The translations under genes were made by a program, and so were the position numbers. A stretch of DNA of 63,488 bases from Catajapyx aquilonaris (Eukaryota), in the NCBI GenBank assembly GCA_000934665.2, contig KZ538112.1, forward strand, positions 62,001 through 125,488, written 5' to 3'. The notes under the pieces were generated by a model, which saw only the letters and a program-made list of their open reading frames with translations, did not search any database and was not told the origin of the DNA. Of the stretch, positions 1-15,500 are shown piece by piece (within the stretch, counting starts at the first letter, position 1; every line of letters begins with the position of its first letter).

Positions 1-3000
1 AAAGGTGTAATTTGAGACGATTTGGTTGAATAATGGCGATTGCAAGAGAGGATGTGAGTCATAAGATTGATGGTGAATACTTGTAAGAAGAGGCGATAAT
101 GTAGCATGATTGGTGTCGACTAACAATGAGTAGACGATTTTTTTTAAACGAAAAGAAGCTGCAACTTTTGAGAGGTCACAAGAAGATGAGCATTGACAAA
201 GACAGGACGTCGTGATGCAGCAGCTATACCATACCTTCATCTGAAATTGGCAGGAACATGTAGAGAGCCTTGTCATTGCCAGGCTTCTTAACTGCTACGA
301 AGAATATTGACATGTCGAACCTCAGGTGCAGCATGAGGAAGGTTTTGCGTTATTATTTAGATGGATAGGAAATGGCCAACATGGGAAGAAGTTATGTGCT
401 TTTTATACTGGTCTATAAACAAGGCTTAAAGCATGTGATAATGGAAGCTGTTCTCTAATGCTGGCCTATATGGTCAACGTTTGCATCAACATATTGTGGC
501 TGTATCACACGCGAACAAGCGCACTACAATGGGCAGTAATTTGTAGTGTTGTATAGTACTATTGTGTATAGATCGTTACCGACGCTCTAGCAAGTAGATC
601 GAACATGTCCGTTGTATTTTATCTATGCTAATGGCGATATCCGATGCCTGGAATGAGCTACATGAAGGTATTGTGCTGGCAATTTTCAGCACGATTTTGT
701 GCCATTCTTGGTTTTTGCACTGAAATGCAATTTGCGCATTTCTTAAAATTTCAGTGATTTTTTTTCCTTAAAAAGAAATATTAAATGCACAAACCCTTCC
801 TTGAAAACAAAACATACACGTTAACTCAGCATGGACGATTTCGTAAAAATAGAAATCACAAGGTATGTTCATTATACTGTACCATGCATCTAGTGAAAAC
901 ATAGCAGCACGGAATGCGATACAAAGTTGCTCGTAGCACATTCTCTGAAATAACAGAACGTCCGTTGACCCTGCGTAGCAACATCAAATATTCTGGCACC
1001 CGAGTACGGAACACGCCACGTAAATGCAGCAGAGAATTAACATACCGATCAATTACACCTAACACTACTGTAAAGGGCGGGCGTTAATGTTAAAGTCGCT
1101 GGATGCTTTGACGTTACAAAATTTGTCACATGTCCTGAATCAGTCAGATTCACATTACCGCATAACTTTTTAAAGTGAGCAGCATTTCTCTCGTGTCAGT
1201 GTAACTGACATGTTATCTCATATTACATACATTTTAGATTAGTAGTATCGGTACAGCTGACTGAGACACATTCGCATTCGAAGTATACGTTCCTTGGTCA
1301 GGAAAATTTATTCCATGTTTTTCTTATCAAACTTTCTCTTTAGTCAATTACTGTGTTCCTGCTTTGCAAGAACTGAAGGAAAAGTTGGCCAACCAGCAGC
1401 AGCGAAGTTCATCCAAGCCTACTTCTCTTGCATGGCTGCTCTACGTGTTTCTGGAGTAACTCCAACCCCCCTCGCAAACCAATATCACACCTCGGCCTTT
1501 CTACGGCCTCTTTCCACTTTAGTACACTCTACCCATGATGTAGACTACGCAACGAGTTTGAAGAGCTTGCACTTGATGCTTCTGGAGTGCTTAGAGAGTT
1601 GTGCCCCAGAGCACTTTTTTTCGAACTAAATTATGGGCCCCACAAATGACAGGCGTTAAAAGTGTTTCAATTGCACAATGTATCTACGTCACATTATATA
1701 TAGTCCTATCATATTGATGTTAAATTGTTGTATTACCGCCAATTGATATACATTATGAGCGCAGATATTATTCACAATTGAGCCATGGAATCGGAAAACG
1801 GGCCAAGTCCATTATGGTTGATTTATTTTCATTGTGCTCCTAATAATTTTTTTTATCTGAGTGATTATATATTTTTAAATATTACTTAGGGACACTGCCT
1901 GCCAGGTAATTCATTAAGGTCAGTACACTACGAGGGACATCAGTTGGCTATACGGAACATTTACGACTTTGAAAGTATTGGTGCAGTACGTATTTGGGGG
2001 AACATCTAGTGAGGGAGATGTGTCAGGTACAAGTGCAATGGCTCTACTTTGGAGCTTGTGTTCCCTCGGAAAGGTAATCTATCGGAAATTCCACCCGAGG
2101 TAAAGCCGGAGAGGCCCCCTTGAATGCTTCAAAAAAAAGAGAAAATAAAGCCCGAACTAGGGATCAAACCCGGATCCTTTCTATCGGTTGCTTCTGCACC
2201 ACTAGGCCTCTCCGTTGCTGCTTTGTCGTCGCAATTACTCTGCGTCGTTTGTACCACCCTTGTCGATGCCACGACAAAACATCTGGCTCGATACAAGAAC
2301 GTTAATAACATCTGCTCCACGCGTTTGAGTCGAGCTGGGACCTTTACAACGGCCTCGGTAACGTATGTTACTAGCACAAAAAATTTCGTCTATTTGACAT
2401 CTTACGTCGTTTTGGTGACTCTAGTTTTTATTGTTGTAATGATGCTGGTAGTGACCACCAAATTTCTGATAATTTTGCTCAAGTGACCATCACCTAAAAC
2501 TGGGTTCTGCTTAAAAGGTGACCACATGTCGACTCCAGTAGGACAGAACACCCACCCAGAGGCGGTGAAGCGGGTGCCAGCATGTTTGGACCTGAAATGA
2601 GTGGTGAACCAAAAGCAACCTGGTATCCTGCCAGAGAGACTGCAAAGTAGAGTCCTCTACCTACCTTTAGGCAATCTCTTGTTATATTCATTCCCTGACT
2701 AATTACAGTTCTGAATAACTCCCAGTTAAATTCTATGTAGAGAAATTATGTTGATTATTTATTTTCTGGTCCACCGATTACAAAATACATTGCAATGCAA
2801 TTTGTATGTCTGTGTGTGAGTTGGAGCGGCTAACGTCAGAGGAACTTCTGTTTGACTTTCCGCACGTCCAGGGATTGGTCGGCGGGGGTGGATGATGTTT
2901 ACTTGGACCCAAACTGAATCGACGTTTCTCCTGAATTCTAAAGAGCACTTCAGAGAGTAGAGGACCCAAATATATATTTTTTTCCACTCTATGTTTTTTT

Positions 3001-3524
3001 TAGACACCACCCACCAAAAAAAAGCTCACCTTTTGCTCTTTAGCACGACAATCACGTGAGAATGTCCTAGGTTCTCTTAGAGATAAACCAAACCAATTTT
3101 CACAGGCCTGATTCAATATGTCTGACGCGCTCATCACTTTCGCCTGAAGAGTTCTCATTTGCGATCCGAATTTCCCTAGATTAGGTCGTTACCAGCTCAA
3201 TTATTTTTTTCGGAGCCGCGACGGTTTTAGCAGGCTCTGGCCACATATCAGGAGAATTGGATTCGCGTAGATTTTCTGCGAGAGAAAGATATTAGGTTGG
3301 CGTTATGACGGTTCGAAGGGTTGTTCGCCACAATGGGAATTCGCTGTTTTTTTTTCGAATGATACGAAGAGTGAAGTGATTAAAAATACAGTGTCGTAAG
3401 TATGTAAAACTAGTCATATGATAAAAGGTGATTTGGTTCTTTAATGCATAAAAATAATAAGTAAAATGATGTATACTGAGCGTATGACATTCACATATGA
3501 GTATTCTTTCTGATTTTCCATCAG

Positions 3525-6500
3525 GTGGCGGAGGTGTGGTTCGATTCCCGGTGCCGTCGTCTTTGAGGGGCCAAAGTGCCGCCCTGCAAGTGTCCGCTGC
3601 CGGAGAAGATGGAGCTCCATTGGCCCAGAGGGGATTGTCCGTGGCAGGTATTCTTCGTGACGTTATCATCCAGACATCCAGGAGAAACTACAGCCCCGGA
3701 GATAAAGGTAAGTCATGGGCATATATATAATATATAATATATAATATAATATAAATTAAGAAACAGACACAAAATTCGGGATGTGCATTGTTTTCCTATA
3801 CAGTTCTGTATACAGTACTTGGTATGCCTGATTGGCTCAACATTATCCTGGTTAGTAGGTCGCCCGTTGCATGAAAGAGACTGATGTGTTGCTCACAATA
3901 GTCAGGATACAGTATGCTGTATGTGAAAATTCTGTTAGCGAATAACTGTTGTTAGCAAATATATATATATATAATGGATGGTTAATGATCAGCTCGAAAA
4001 ATGAGAGTGACACCTGCATAGACTCAGGTTAATGTGGAGTATAATTTGGTCGTAATGGTTATGTCAAGCATGATTTATACTGTAGCATTCGGGCGTTCTC
4101 TTTTGCCCGTTGCATGTAATAACCAAAATTGAACACTATATGATCGGGTTTTACCACTACATTTATAACAGGCAGTTACTCGTAATGTGTGCAGTATTAA
4201 ACATGACAATCAAGGGCTCTGGTTTGGACAGTGGAAGTCACTGACTCGTCGTTACATATCTAGGACTGCAAGTAACACAGTGTATTGGTTTTTAAAAATA
4301 TGTCATAGCGTAACTTTTAATTAGACTCGACACTTTCATAACACCGGATTTTAAATTTTCATAATATGTCAATAATTTTATTGCTTAACAGGGCGTTTCT
4401 CTAAGTTGACAATCACAATAGTGGAGACGGGGAAGAGTTGATGGATTAGTCACCCCTGGTCCGAATTCAAACTTCCGTTCCGACTTCCAACAAAGTTGTC
4501 TGAGTTTACCTCTTTTCGTATTTGTATATTTGTTCAAACGCCAAGGATGATTAATCCATCAACCTACCGCGCCAGATGGGACCGTCATCTTGGGCATAAA
4601 ATATTTTATTTTCAACATACGTTTGGAGTGATGACTTATCGCCATTTTATAGGCACACACTGACGTTGCCGAATGAATGTACTATATGTGGTCGCAATAA
4701 TTTATGGAATAATTTTTAACAAACTTGCATAACAATATTGTTTCCGACATTTCTTACCTGATTATCTTGCTACGGTTGTTGTTGTGGAGCAGGTCCCGTT
4801 GCAAATAGATACACGAAAATAAATACAAATAGAAGTGGAACGATTAGCTGAGACAAGACATACAATCGCAGAATCAGGATCACTGCCTGCTCATTCTCAT
4901 ATTCCATTCGAGACCTATTCGAAGAGGAAAATCACTATCGATTTCTGCAAAAAAAATTCCAATTCCAAATATCCTGAAAGCCTCACCAGCTCTATGTAGC
5001 AAAGTAGCCTATAACCAAGTAGAACATGTATGTAATCACAGCGAGTAGCAGGGACCAAAAGGCAAAAAAGGACACCAGATCACTCGGCTCAATGTATATC
5101 ATGATGTGGGTTGATCCCCAGCTTGGCGTGCGATGAGGCTCCAGCAGCAGTGAACAATTTTCAGACAGTAAACAGTGGCCGCCATGGCGACTCGGAGTGC
5201 AATTTTCCGATTCGTTGGATGCATACCGGACTCGATATGTGGCAAGTAAAGTGGAAGGGACCGCAATTCGAGCGGATTAAAATCGGAAACCGAAATAAAA
5301 TTTGTGGCCGATGGGGGTGTACGGTGTCGATCATCATATCGGGGGATCCAATTTGAAACGGTAATTCTATCCGAGCTGGAAATCTACGATGCCAGGTGAA
5401 AATTTATAGCCAATAGCAGGGTAATGCCCTACTGACCTGTTATCACTCTTAACCATTTACCTTCTCTAGAGAAGGTAAAAAAGAGGTCCTTTTTACCCTC
5501 TATTTTATAAGGTAATACATGAAAAATTTACCTTCTAATCGAGTTACCCTATATAATAATTTACCCTCTTTTTTACCTTCTCTAGAGAAGGTAAATGGTT
5601 AAGAGTGTAAATACGTGTCTATGACTTGTTCAAAGTAAGTAATAACAGGGTGTCATAGTAATAAAAATAATTGATTACTGCGACATGAAAACCGCAGCGA
5701 TTTATTACTTGTGGACTTTTTGGAGCGATTTATTATTTGTGGACTTTTCCGAGCAATTTATCCCGGGGCCATTTTTATAGCGGACACAAGCCGTGAGCCT
5801 AACGTAATTTTTCCTGTCCAACGCTCAGCGGTGCGTCCCCCACGCTTCCGATCTTGGTGTCCATTAAACTGTGCCGCTCATTATGCACAGATTATGTGCT
5901 CAAAATATTTGGGAATTTTGGGGTGTAATATCAGCGGGTACTAAATTCCCCTGAAGGTCCCTGTTACAGGAAAATTTGAAGTTCAAATATCCATGACACG
6001 TTACCTGTGGTGAGCGGGTAATCAAAGTGCCTAGAGTGAAGGCTTGGCGGCAATAATTATGAATTTATGGAGAAAAAAATTTATTATAATATTTGATGCA
6101 TAAATGTGATGAAAATTGGCATTTAGGTTGTGTTTAGTCTGACAGTGGCAATATTGGGGTTGATTTGTGTATTTTTTTAAAAAATAATTTTTCAGTGGTG
6201 ATATGGCTTCTTGGTTTGGATTGGAGAATGCGTCCTGCACCCCTCGAAGCAGCAACGGTGTTTGTCGAAGATCCACGAGGGGTCAGACCTGCCCTTTGGG
6301 ATGACCTCAACTTACCCTCGGGTTAGTACCTTTGCCTTATTATGTTTATTAAAATTAAGAAAAACAAGCTCTGCCGTCAATCGTGAAAAATTGACCTATA
6401 GCAGAAAAATTATAAATGCAACGATGTTTTAAATACATTTTACTATAATATTAATGATATGAAGTACTGGAAACTGCAGAGTTTTCAAATACGAAATGTA

Positions 6501-9500
6501 CCTTGACGGTGTTTTCATATTTAAAAATGACTTTTAATGCACAAAATTATTTCAGATGAATATTTTCATGCTCAAATGACAAAAAACGTTCATATTTTGT
6601 CTGCTTCACTTATGGGATTGAACACCACTGACAGACTCTTCCAGCTATAGATCTGATTTAAATAGGATTGATTAATCCAATATCAAAGCTTTAGCAGCCA
6701 GTGTCACATGATAATCCGGCCATCATTCAACTGAATGCTGGAAATGCAATCTACCGAAATTACTAGATTTTGCTGCATGAGTACGACTTTGTACTGCGGC
6801 ACAATTGACTTGTGAGAAGCCATTCTATTGTGACGAACCCTGACACACGCTACATTGAAGATGAACAGTCCATATCCCTGCCTATGCTGGTTTTTACGAG
6901 ATTTATGCTCCTTTTTTTTGGCAAAAAATGCAGTCACATCATACGAGGTTACAGTTACACTTGCGCATAAATGACTGCAAATTGAACTGGAGCGTTGCCT
7001 GATGTAAGCTATGACCTTTTGTCAAACATGCGTGGCATGTAAGCCGAAACAGGATTTTTTTTCCCACATAAATGGGGTGACAACCACAGCACTGTGTGAT
7101 GTCATGACCCCTACTTAGGCTTTGCACAGTGTGTTTAAAAACTATATGGTCCATTTTTTTCGCACATGTATACAGTGGTTTCCAACGTGACCCTAAGCCT
7201 GTCGAGCTTGGCTGTTGAGGGCAGATGGAAGATAGTAGTGGTGGTGGATGGCTCCCGATATGGATCTGAATTCAACGTGTCCACACCAGAAGAAAAGAAC
7301 ATGGGGGTTGCTCCTGAAGTGGCGGTGGCCGAAGCACATTTTGTACAACTGCGATTTGGAGCCAACATGAGGAGAACATTCAAACCAGGACTTCCTTTCC
7401 TTGGAAAGGTAAACGAAATAACGAATAATTATGTTCCATTATTTACTCCTGCACAGGCTCACCTGGCACAGACCAATAATTAAATTTCGACTGCCCTCAG
7501 TCTGTTGTGGGATCTAGTGCATCTGACGTGCGGTTTGATGCTGAGATTTAATGTTATGTTTGGGCCAGAATTTTATGCCTCTAATTACTTGTGTTATAGG
7601 ATACACTAGTTTGGCGAACAATGCGCAGCCCATGGCGTATTGACCTAGCATTTATGCTAAGGGCGCCCGTTTTTCAGTAGTGTCAAATAATTTGCCGTAT
7701 ATTTAGTCAGCACCACAGTTCCTGCTTTTAATTACATTATTCTACTTTCCTAGATCTCATTATACGGAATGAATGCATTGTGTTTGCACACATTTACGTT
7801 CCAAATTGCGTTAATGAATTGAGAGCAAACTTTTCCAATCTACTTGCTTGGTCAAAGCACACAGTAATTGCTTTGCTCCGTTACAAACTAACAAACTTTG
7901 ATTTCGAAGCTGTAATAAATAAAGTTTCCACAAATTAAATTGCTCCCATCGTTAACACTACGTATGTGAGTGGAGTGTTAATGCTCTCTGATTCTGAGAA
8001 AATATCCGCATTTGCAGTTGCCTACAGGCTATACCAGGAATTTTAGCCAACGTAATTTTTGATTCGGGAAAACGAGGCATCCGAAACACGCCAATAAAAA
8101 GTAGTGCAGCATTCCGTAGTTTTTTCCTTGCTTTTTTATGTTACTTTAAATTTAACAGTACGTTGGAAATTCTGGCAAAACATTTTGTGTAACCTATGTA
8201 AGTGGCAATGTAGGACCTAAGCTATACATACAATGCTTAAAAATATGTTAAAAAATAATTTAGCTCATTATGCACAATATATTGTACCTCTTTTACCAAT
8301 GAGTTGTTAAAAATCAGGTAATAATAATTTTAAAAATATCCAGCACACTCATTTGGCAATACATGTACATTTTCTAGTGCTAATTGCAGTGATTGCATAT
8401 GGTAAAATTCTAATATGAAACTTTGACAACACAGCAGGATTAAAAATTTATCCTACCACATTACGGTCCAAACAATAACTTGAAAATAAATCCAATTTAG
8501 ACCATGTGGCAGTTAGCTACAGTACCCTACAATTGGATAAATGAAATGGATTGAAAAAGTGAGAGCTTTGCGCAAAAAAAAAAAAACACGTTACTATTTG
8601 ATGATGGCAAAGAGATTTATACATTTTGGATACGGACTCCCTTATCTGCGTTCCGGAGCTTCCGTTCAGTTATTGATGAGGCCCATTTGTCAGCTTTAAT
8701 AGTCAGACGGAACAGGATTCCGAAGCACTTCTGGGAAGTAGAATTTTTTAGTGTGCAGTTCCCATGCCTTTTACGGTCCACTCACTGGAGAGGAGCTTCT
8801 CTGGGTAAACAGTTTACAAAATTGTGGCATCATTTTCCAAATCATTTGCATTCAGCATCGCGCACGTTATTTAAATAAAATTGCGCAGATAATCTTATTT
8901 CAAATAGGAGCACTACTTGTCAGTACAGGACACTTCCTTTTGATTGTTATCGTCATCGTCTGTAATGGTGCAGAATTAATAGCTTACGGGCTTATCCATC
9001 CGTAGATTGCTTTCAGTGCTAGGCTGTAGAATAATATCACGTGAGCTGAAAAATATGAAACCCTCAGGGGCAGGGTAAAACCGAGAGTTTATTTTGCGAT
9101 ACGTGTGAGTTTTAAGGTTTTAATAAATTTATTCATTCACTTNGGGGGGGTGCTGGTATGGCAGCGAATACTGTACTGTATAGTACGTCCCAACGGGTTC
9201 AATTAGTTCCGGCCGCTTTATCCTGGTCTTGAAGCAGCCCTTCGCACAGGCCCCACGATGTGTGTGTGAAGGGTTGCTTCAAAACCCGGACCGGAACTAA
9301 TTGAACCCGATAGTACCTCCTATGAAGTCCAACAACTAGATACGAATCACGAATACTGTATGCACACTTTTGTACTGGTGATACAGTGTTTATGACAATG
9401 GGCGGGGCACCGCACCCATCTAATCGACGAACTGGTGCATTTTTCACCATACACATATCCGATTAGCACCTGCTAATGGATCTGAAACTAATGGCAAAAA

Positions 9501-12500
9501 TACACGTAAAAACTGTGATGATGAGTGTGACGGTATTGATATGATGCAAATATGAAACCGATTTCAGGTCGAAGCTGCAAGTTCTGAAAAAGTGATGCGT
9601 GTCCGAGTCCGAGTTTTGGACAATGGGACTGCCATATTCAGCCAAGATGTCGAAGTCAGAGGATGGGAAGCACCTTTTGCTGTTCCTGCCATTTTGTCTG
9701 ACAGTGACAGTGTCACTCTGCAGGTACGTGGTATGATATCCTTAAGTATGTTTTTAGGTACCGGTATTCCAAAAAGAACCAAAAGCATGTTTTACTTCCG
9801 GTTCAGAATTATTGATGACACCATGACACCTCATGTCATCTGAAAATTATGCTTAAAATTTACAACCCTCGAGTCTTTCCCTTCATTGCTTCTCACATTT
9901 GCTAAAAAGCAGATCATGGCTCTGATCGTAAATCGTGTTCCTCCTGGGACCAGGCACATTTTGTAGCGACAAAACATGGCGATGCTATCATTTCTGATAC
10001 AAGTCCAAATGTATGACGCGGACCCATTAGCCGCTGGCTCATTGGTGATTCTAAGTAGTCTTTTGGGACATGTTGCGCGTGACGGTCCGCCCAGCAGCCG
10101 AGGCTCATCAGAACTTGAGCTTCAAATGGATGCTGCATGATCAATTGCTTTTAAAAAAGGGAGTTTAATTTGAAATCACCACTAGCTCCTCTTGTTAAGG
10201 TGTGAATGGGTTTAAACCACATGAAATTGGCTAAAGGTGCGAATATGTGCCAAGTATTTATTGTGTAGTTTCGCTTTAATATTGCAGGCGTTCTATTATA
10301 CACAGTTGTGAAGAGAGAAAAGTATTCGAGTTTCATATAGAAAAACTGAGTTTTTTGGTCATTCATAACACATTAAGGGACTGGATGCTCTTTGCTTCGG
10401 TGCTTTTGGAGCGCAATTGGGACTGAAATGTGCTGAAAACCGTAGTTATCACGTAATGGCAACATTTTCCTGGTATTTGGACTATTGACTGCAGGGTTGT
10501 TCGTATGGAATAGGTCCCGAATAAAGTGAGAACCGCACACAATCATATATAGCAAAATGCAAGCTAATATCACTAGTGTTTGCACCTTTAAACATAAAAT
10601 ACCTTTAGAAACTGATGGGTTTATTCCACATTTTTATAAATGTGATCCCGGTAATTAAGTTATTGCCCAGCACCCTTTTGCAAGAAAACGGACGAAATAT
10701 GGCAATATCCCATCGAGGTAAAAACTTGCACAATGCAAGGTGCCATTCACCGTTTAATCCTGCGTGGGAGAACCGCATCTGGCAGATGCATCATCCCTCG
10801 CTGCTGCAAATGAATATACCCCAGGCACACACAGTATAAACACGCCGTACACCATGTACCCAGAATATTTTCTGCTCTATTGTTCCCTACTGTAAATTAG
10901 TATTATCCAGTCACCAACGACGTCACCAACATGGAATTTTCGGACGATAATGATCCCTGACACTGATTATTATAATACGCAATAATGAGCATAAACCCTC
11001 CTAGTATCTACTGTGTATTAATAACTCTCGATCCTCTTGTCAGGCTGAGTTAATCTCGGTGAACGGGCGAGAGACCGACCTGCATTACGTACTGGCCAGC
11101 GAAACCCTCCGCAAGTGGAAGCCTCCCACACACTGCAATCTGGTGGTTCAAGGAGTCGAGAGCACGTTCAGGGTAAGTGCACTGTACTCGTGTGCATTAC
11201 ACTGCCAGCAAAAACCAGTTGGAAAACTCGGTCGAAAAATAGTTAACGGTGCTGTCACGTCCGACACGAAAAGTTGCACGACACTTGTACGACTGAGCTG
11301 ACTCACTAGACAAAGACTGATGAGAACACGTAGTTTCAGTATCCGTGCCGGAACAGCGTACCTGACACTAGCAGAAGTCGATGAGAAAAGTGAACGGCGT
11401 ACAGCCGTACATGTACAGTGATGGGCATTAATTCCGTCATACTGCTAGCGACATTTTCCGAAGCGGCAGATGTACACATCTAACGATCGAAGTGATAGAG
11501 TGCGAGTCGAGCGAGTAAGAAATGGTAGCCCTTGGGTGACGTCGCTCAAGGCCTACCTCTTCTTACTCGCACGGCTCACCCTCTATCATTTCGATTTGCA
11601 CGTCTGCCGCATCAGAAAATGTCGCAAGTAATTAATGTCCAACACTGTACATGGGGTGTCAAAACACACATCATAGACGACATCCTGCCGCATCCTGCAC
11701 ATAATTATGTGGATAGAAACTATATAGGTCCAACATGGACACCCTTTAAGTCCCAAGTTGCTGAATTGATGTCCACAAGCGCACATGAAATTTGGGGGGG
11801 GGTCCAGCGAGAACATAATCAAGCGCCCCATTAATTATGAATGGCGGGGTAGAAGGGCCGGAATAGCGTCGCTGCTGACATGTAAGGCGGCCTCTGGCAG
11901 AAAATAGTTGTCTGGTGCTGGGTTGTTTGGTAGGCCCCTGCTCAGCTTGCTAAGAGGAGAAAAGGTGTGCTGCAGAACCCACCCCTCGTAATAACCCCTG
12001 GTCTAATGGGTCATTTGTTTCTCTGGCCCGCCGGCTTGGAATCCCCCAATTGCAAGCGCCCCCTGCCCCAGTCCACTGCATAAAAGCAGGGCTGGAGTGA
12101 TATTAAAAGGGCCATTGGCGCTGCAAAGGCGGGCTTCCATACACTCCAACCAGCTCTCATTTTGTTTCTGATGCCGTCACAATCGCCATCCCCAAGCCGC
12201 AAATGGCCGGCCATTAGGCCATTGCAAAAATAAGTGGCCACCTTCAAAGATTCTTGTTGAGTTCTTTTTGGATATATTCTGATTTTCATATTCATTATAT
12301 GCTATTATGCTATCAGGAACATGGCAAAAATGAGGGCATTAGCGAACTCATTATGGGAACCAAGTCATCTTCATTAAAAGTTGAGAGGAAGCAGCTCATT
12401 TGAGATTTACGGCCCATAAGATGATTCCATAGGGGAAAAGAAGTCAGTTTCTGCGACAATGCACTGTATTAGTGGGGGGGGGGGGNGGGGGGGGGGGGGG

Positions 12501-15500
12501 AATCAGTTTTGTTAACAGTATATTTGCAGCGTTTCAGTCCAGCTTTTTTTAAAGAGATGTGGTGAAGGCTTGGTCAGAGGCAGGCTGTTGCAGGATAAGG
12601 TCAGCCAAGAATGAAATTGGACACGCCACAACGGGTGGGGCCAGCCTCATCCGTCAGCAGGAAAAAAATTATAGTACGACAGGCTGGGGTTATAGGTTAG
12701 GTCGTTTCAGATTTACACAAGGGGAATCTCGTATTCTGCCAGCAGCTGCAACATTCATCGCTGACCAAGACTGTGTTCAATATATTGCCATTGAAAAATA
12801 GGGTTTGAAGCACGTAAACCGCAATGTGATTATAGGAAATTGGTAATAAAATTCAGAGAGAGGAGAGTTAATTGTGTGGGATTCCGAAATCACGGGTTTA
12901 CATAGCTCTGAACTTGCTAGGGGGGTNGGGGGTTGTAAAATCAGGAATTCCGAACATCGAAATTCAATGACATGTAAACGCAGCCATTATTGCTGCCGTT
13001 TCGCTCTCAACTACATCCCTTTGTGACGGCTATGGCTACCTTTAGTTTCGAGAATCATGCGGAATGGTTCAAAGTTCATGGGATCGAGAGGGCTACAACT
13101 AGATATACATGTGAGAGAGAAACAGTTACCCTAAAACTATGCAAAGAATTTTTTAAATGAAAGTTACTTATAGCACTTGTGAATTAATAAACATATGCCG
13201 ATATTTTAGCAAGTTTTTTGCTCGGTATACGTATAGCAATTCGCATAAAAAGCTAATAGCCTTTGTGGCATTGTTGACAAATGTTTACGATGCGTGTGTG
13301 GTGTAGGCGAGGAAGGTGGGAAGGCGGGTTTTACACCATTAGCTGCAACATGTGGGCTGGGGATGGAAGCGAAATTAAAGCCGTAATGAAATTTTGGGAG
13401 CAAAAGATCCGCCAAAAAGGGTACAGGACCTGAGTGTAATTTGCGACTGGGAAATGAGAGTAATTATTTGAGAGAAAAGTGGGTGTGCAAATGGAACAGA
13501 GTTATGGCTTAGCCATAACTCCGTTCCACTCCCTGGGTCATGAAGCCAGAATTGGTGCCAACATATAAGTGATAAATTTACGAACATAATTAAAGTGCAT
13601 AACTTTATTGACGCCTCTTTCAACGCGCGGAAAGTAATCTTGCAAACTTTCTTGTTATTATTTTTCTGGCTGATTACTCTTCATGTATATGAAAAAAAAC
13701 ACCTGACCTCACCTTGGGGCATGTGCAACGGGTTGCATCAAGCCAGAATGAACGACTGTTTCGGATGAACTGGCCAAATCTTTATGTAACCGATAGTACA
13801 TTGTTCATGCACACATTTAGTAATTGCGTGCTGTAACACTGAAAGTTACGCCTCTTAACAGCCCAACGACATAGCCAATGTGAGTGTGTTGTCTACGTGT
13901 GGTTGCTCCCAACGTTGGTTCTTTGTGGTCACGACCTCTGGTGCCATGACCTCTGCTGCTCTTCTGAACCACGTGCCTGCTGGAAACAAAAGCCCTGAAT
14001 CAGAATCCCAGAAAACACCGCCTGCAGTGTGTCGTGTGGATTACAAGTACGTGATTCGCACATTCCGTCATGTATGTGTGCTCATTACGGTTTTACAGTT
14101 TTCAGGTCAAGCCAGAAATGGCTCCTGCAAGTCACATGTTGGTGTATTTTGTCGGTGAGGATGGCGAAACTGTTAGTGACGACGTCACGTTTGATGTCGT
14201 CTTAGCAGCACCACCTTTGGTAAATAAATAAATTATTTGTCGATTGTCATCAGTGGTTCCATTGATGCAATTCTTCCTCAGCTTGAGGTGCCGTCACAGG
14301 AAGCTGGTCCTTCGGAGGACCTTTGGGTGCAACCACTTCCTCTTCCAGACTGGGAATCTGGTCACGAAGCCCTGTGTATCCTGGCAGGAGGAAAAGGCTC
14401 AGAGGAAGGAGACGAACCTCCAGGACGGCTTCTGCCTGCGTTTTCCCGATCAACGTCGATCCGGGGTCAAGTTGAGAGTCTCGATTCGGCTAAAGCGGAC
14501 TTGACCAGAGCTGGATTGTTGGCTTGCGACGAGGATTACCCTTCCTCCAAGGGTAAATCTCCCTTGGAGCAAGGGGGCTTGCGGATAGCTGGACTGCAGG
14601 AAGTCCTTAGCTGGACGTGCGAGGAAGCCAGGTATTGGAATAACAATTTTGAACCACTGGTTATAATAATAATATGTGTGAATATGACACATGCAGTATT
14701 TAGGGAATGCAGTTTGCATTGTTTTTGTAGCCATCCCTAGTGAATTTACAGGGATGCAACTCCAACTTATTCATCAGCAAAAGCCATTAGTGGAGGCCTG
14801 CTACATTTGAAACTATTATTCTAACTCCCATTTGCCTAATTATCATGTCTGAGTGCCGATGTTACTACATCAGCCGGCAATGTGTGGATACTGTGCTGCG
14901 TAAGACAAAGTGCGCAAATTACCATAAGTTGGCTTCATAAACCCAATTGTACAAATGTACTGGGCAATATTGTGCATTCTGACCAGTCCACCTGGTCTCG
15001 TTTATTGGTCAGTCAATACCAGTAATTAATCAAGAGCCCTGGAATCTACACTGCAATGTTATCAATTAATTACCGAAATAGGCTATTTCACTGAATGCTT
15101 CTATTTCAATTGCCTGACTCTGACGTGCTATTGTGGTCAGCCCCTAAAATTATTGCGGATAACGACAGTGGTGTATTATTTTAGTTCCAGAGCCCTGTCA
15201 TCTGCTATGGCAGTAAAAGCTCCATCTGAAGGAGGCGAATGGAACGTCTGGGGTCTTTTGCTGTCTCCTGAAGAGGGACTTCGACTGGCACCACCACTGG
15301 CATTAGAAGCCAAGGCGCCATTGCACCTCAGATTCCACATGCCGAACTCCATTCAAGTGGGAGAAGTGGCTGAAGTTGAAATCACCATCTCAAGTCGCCA
15401 TCACTCTTGCCTTGATGTAATTAAATATTAATTACCATTATGTGAACATATAACCTGACTGATGTTAATATCCCCATTAGGTCACTGCATTGCTGACTGC

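Noticed and set aside
1..3010. Short ORFs as TEP first exon(s) or a transposase remnant
   Set aside because: I found no convincing signal peptide/MG1 exon or transposase motif, so this region is left unassigned.
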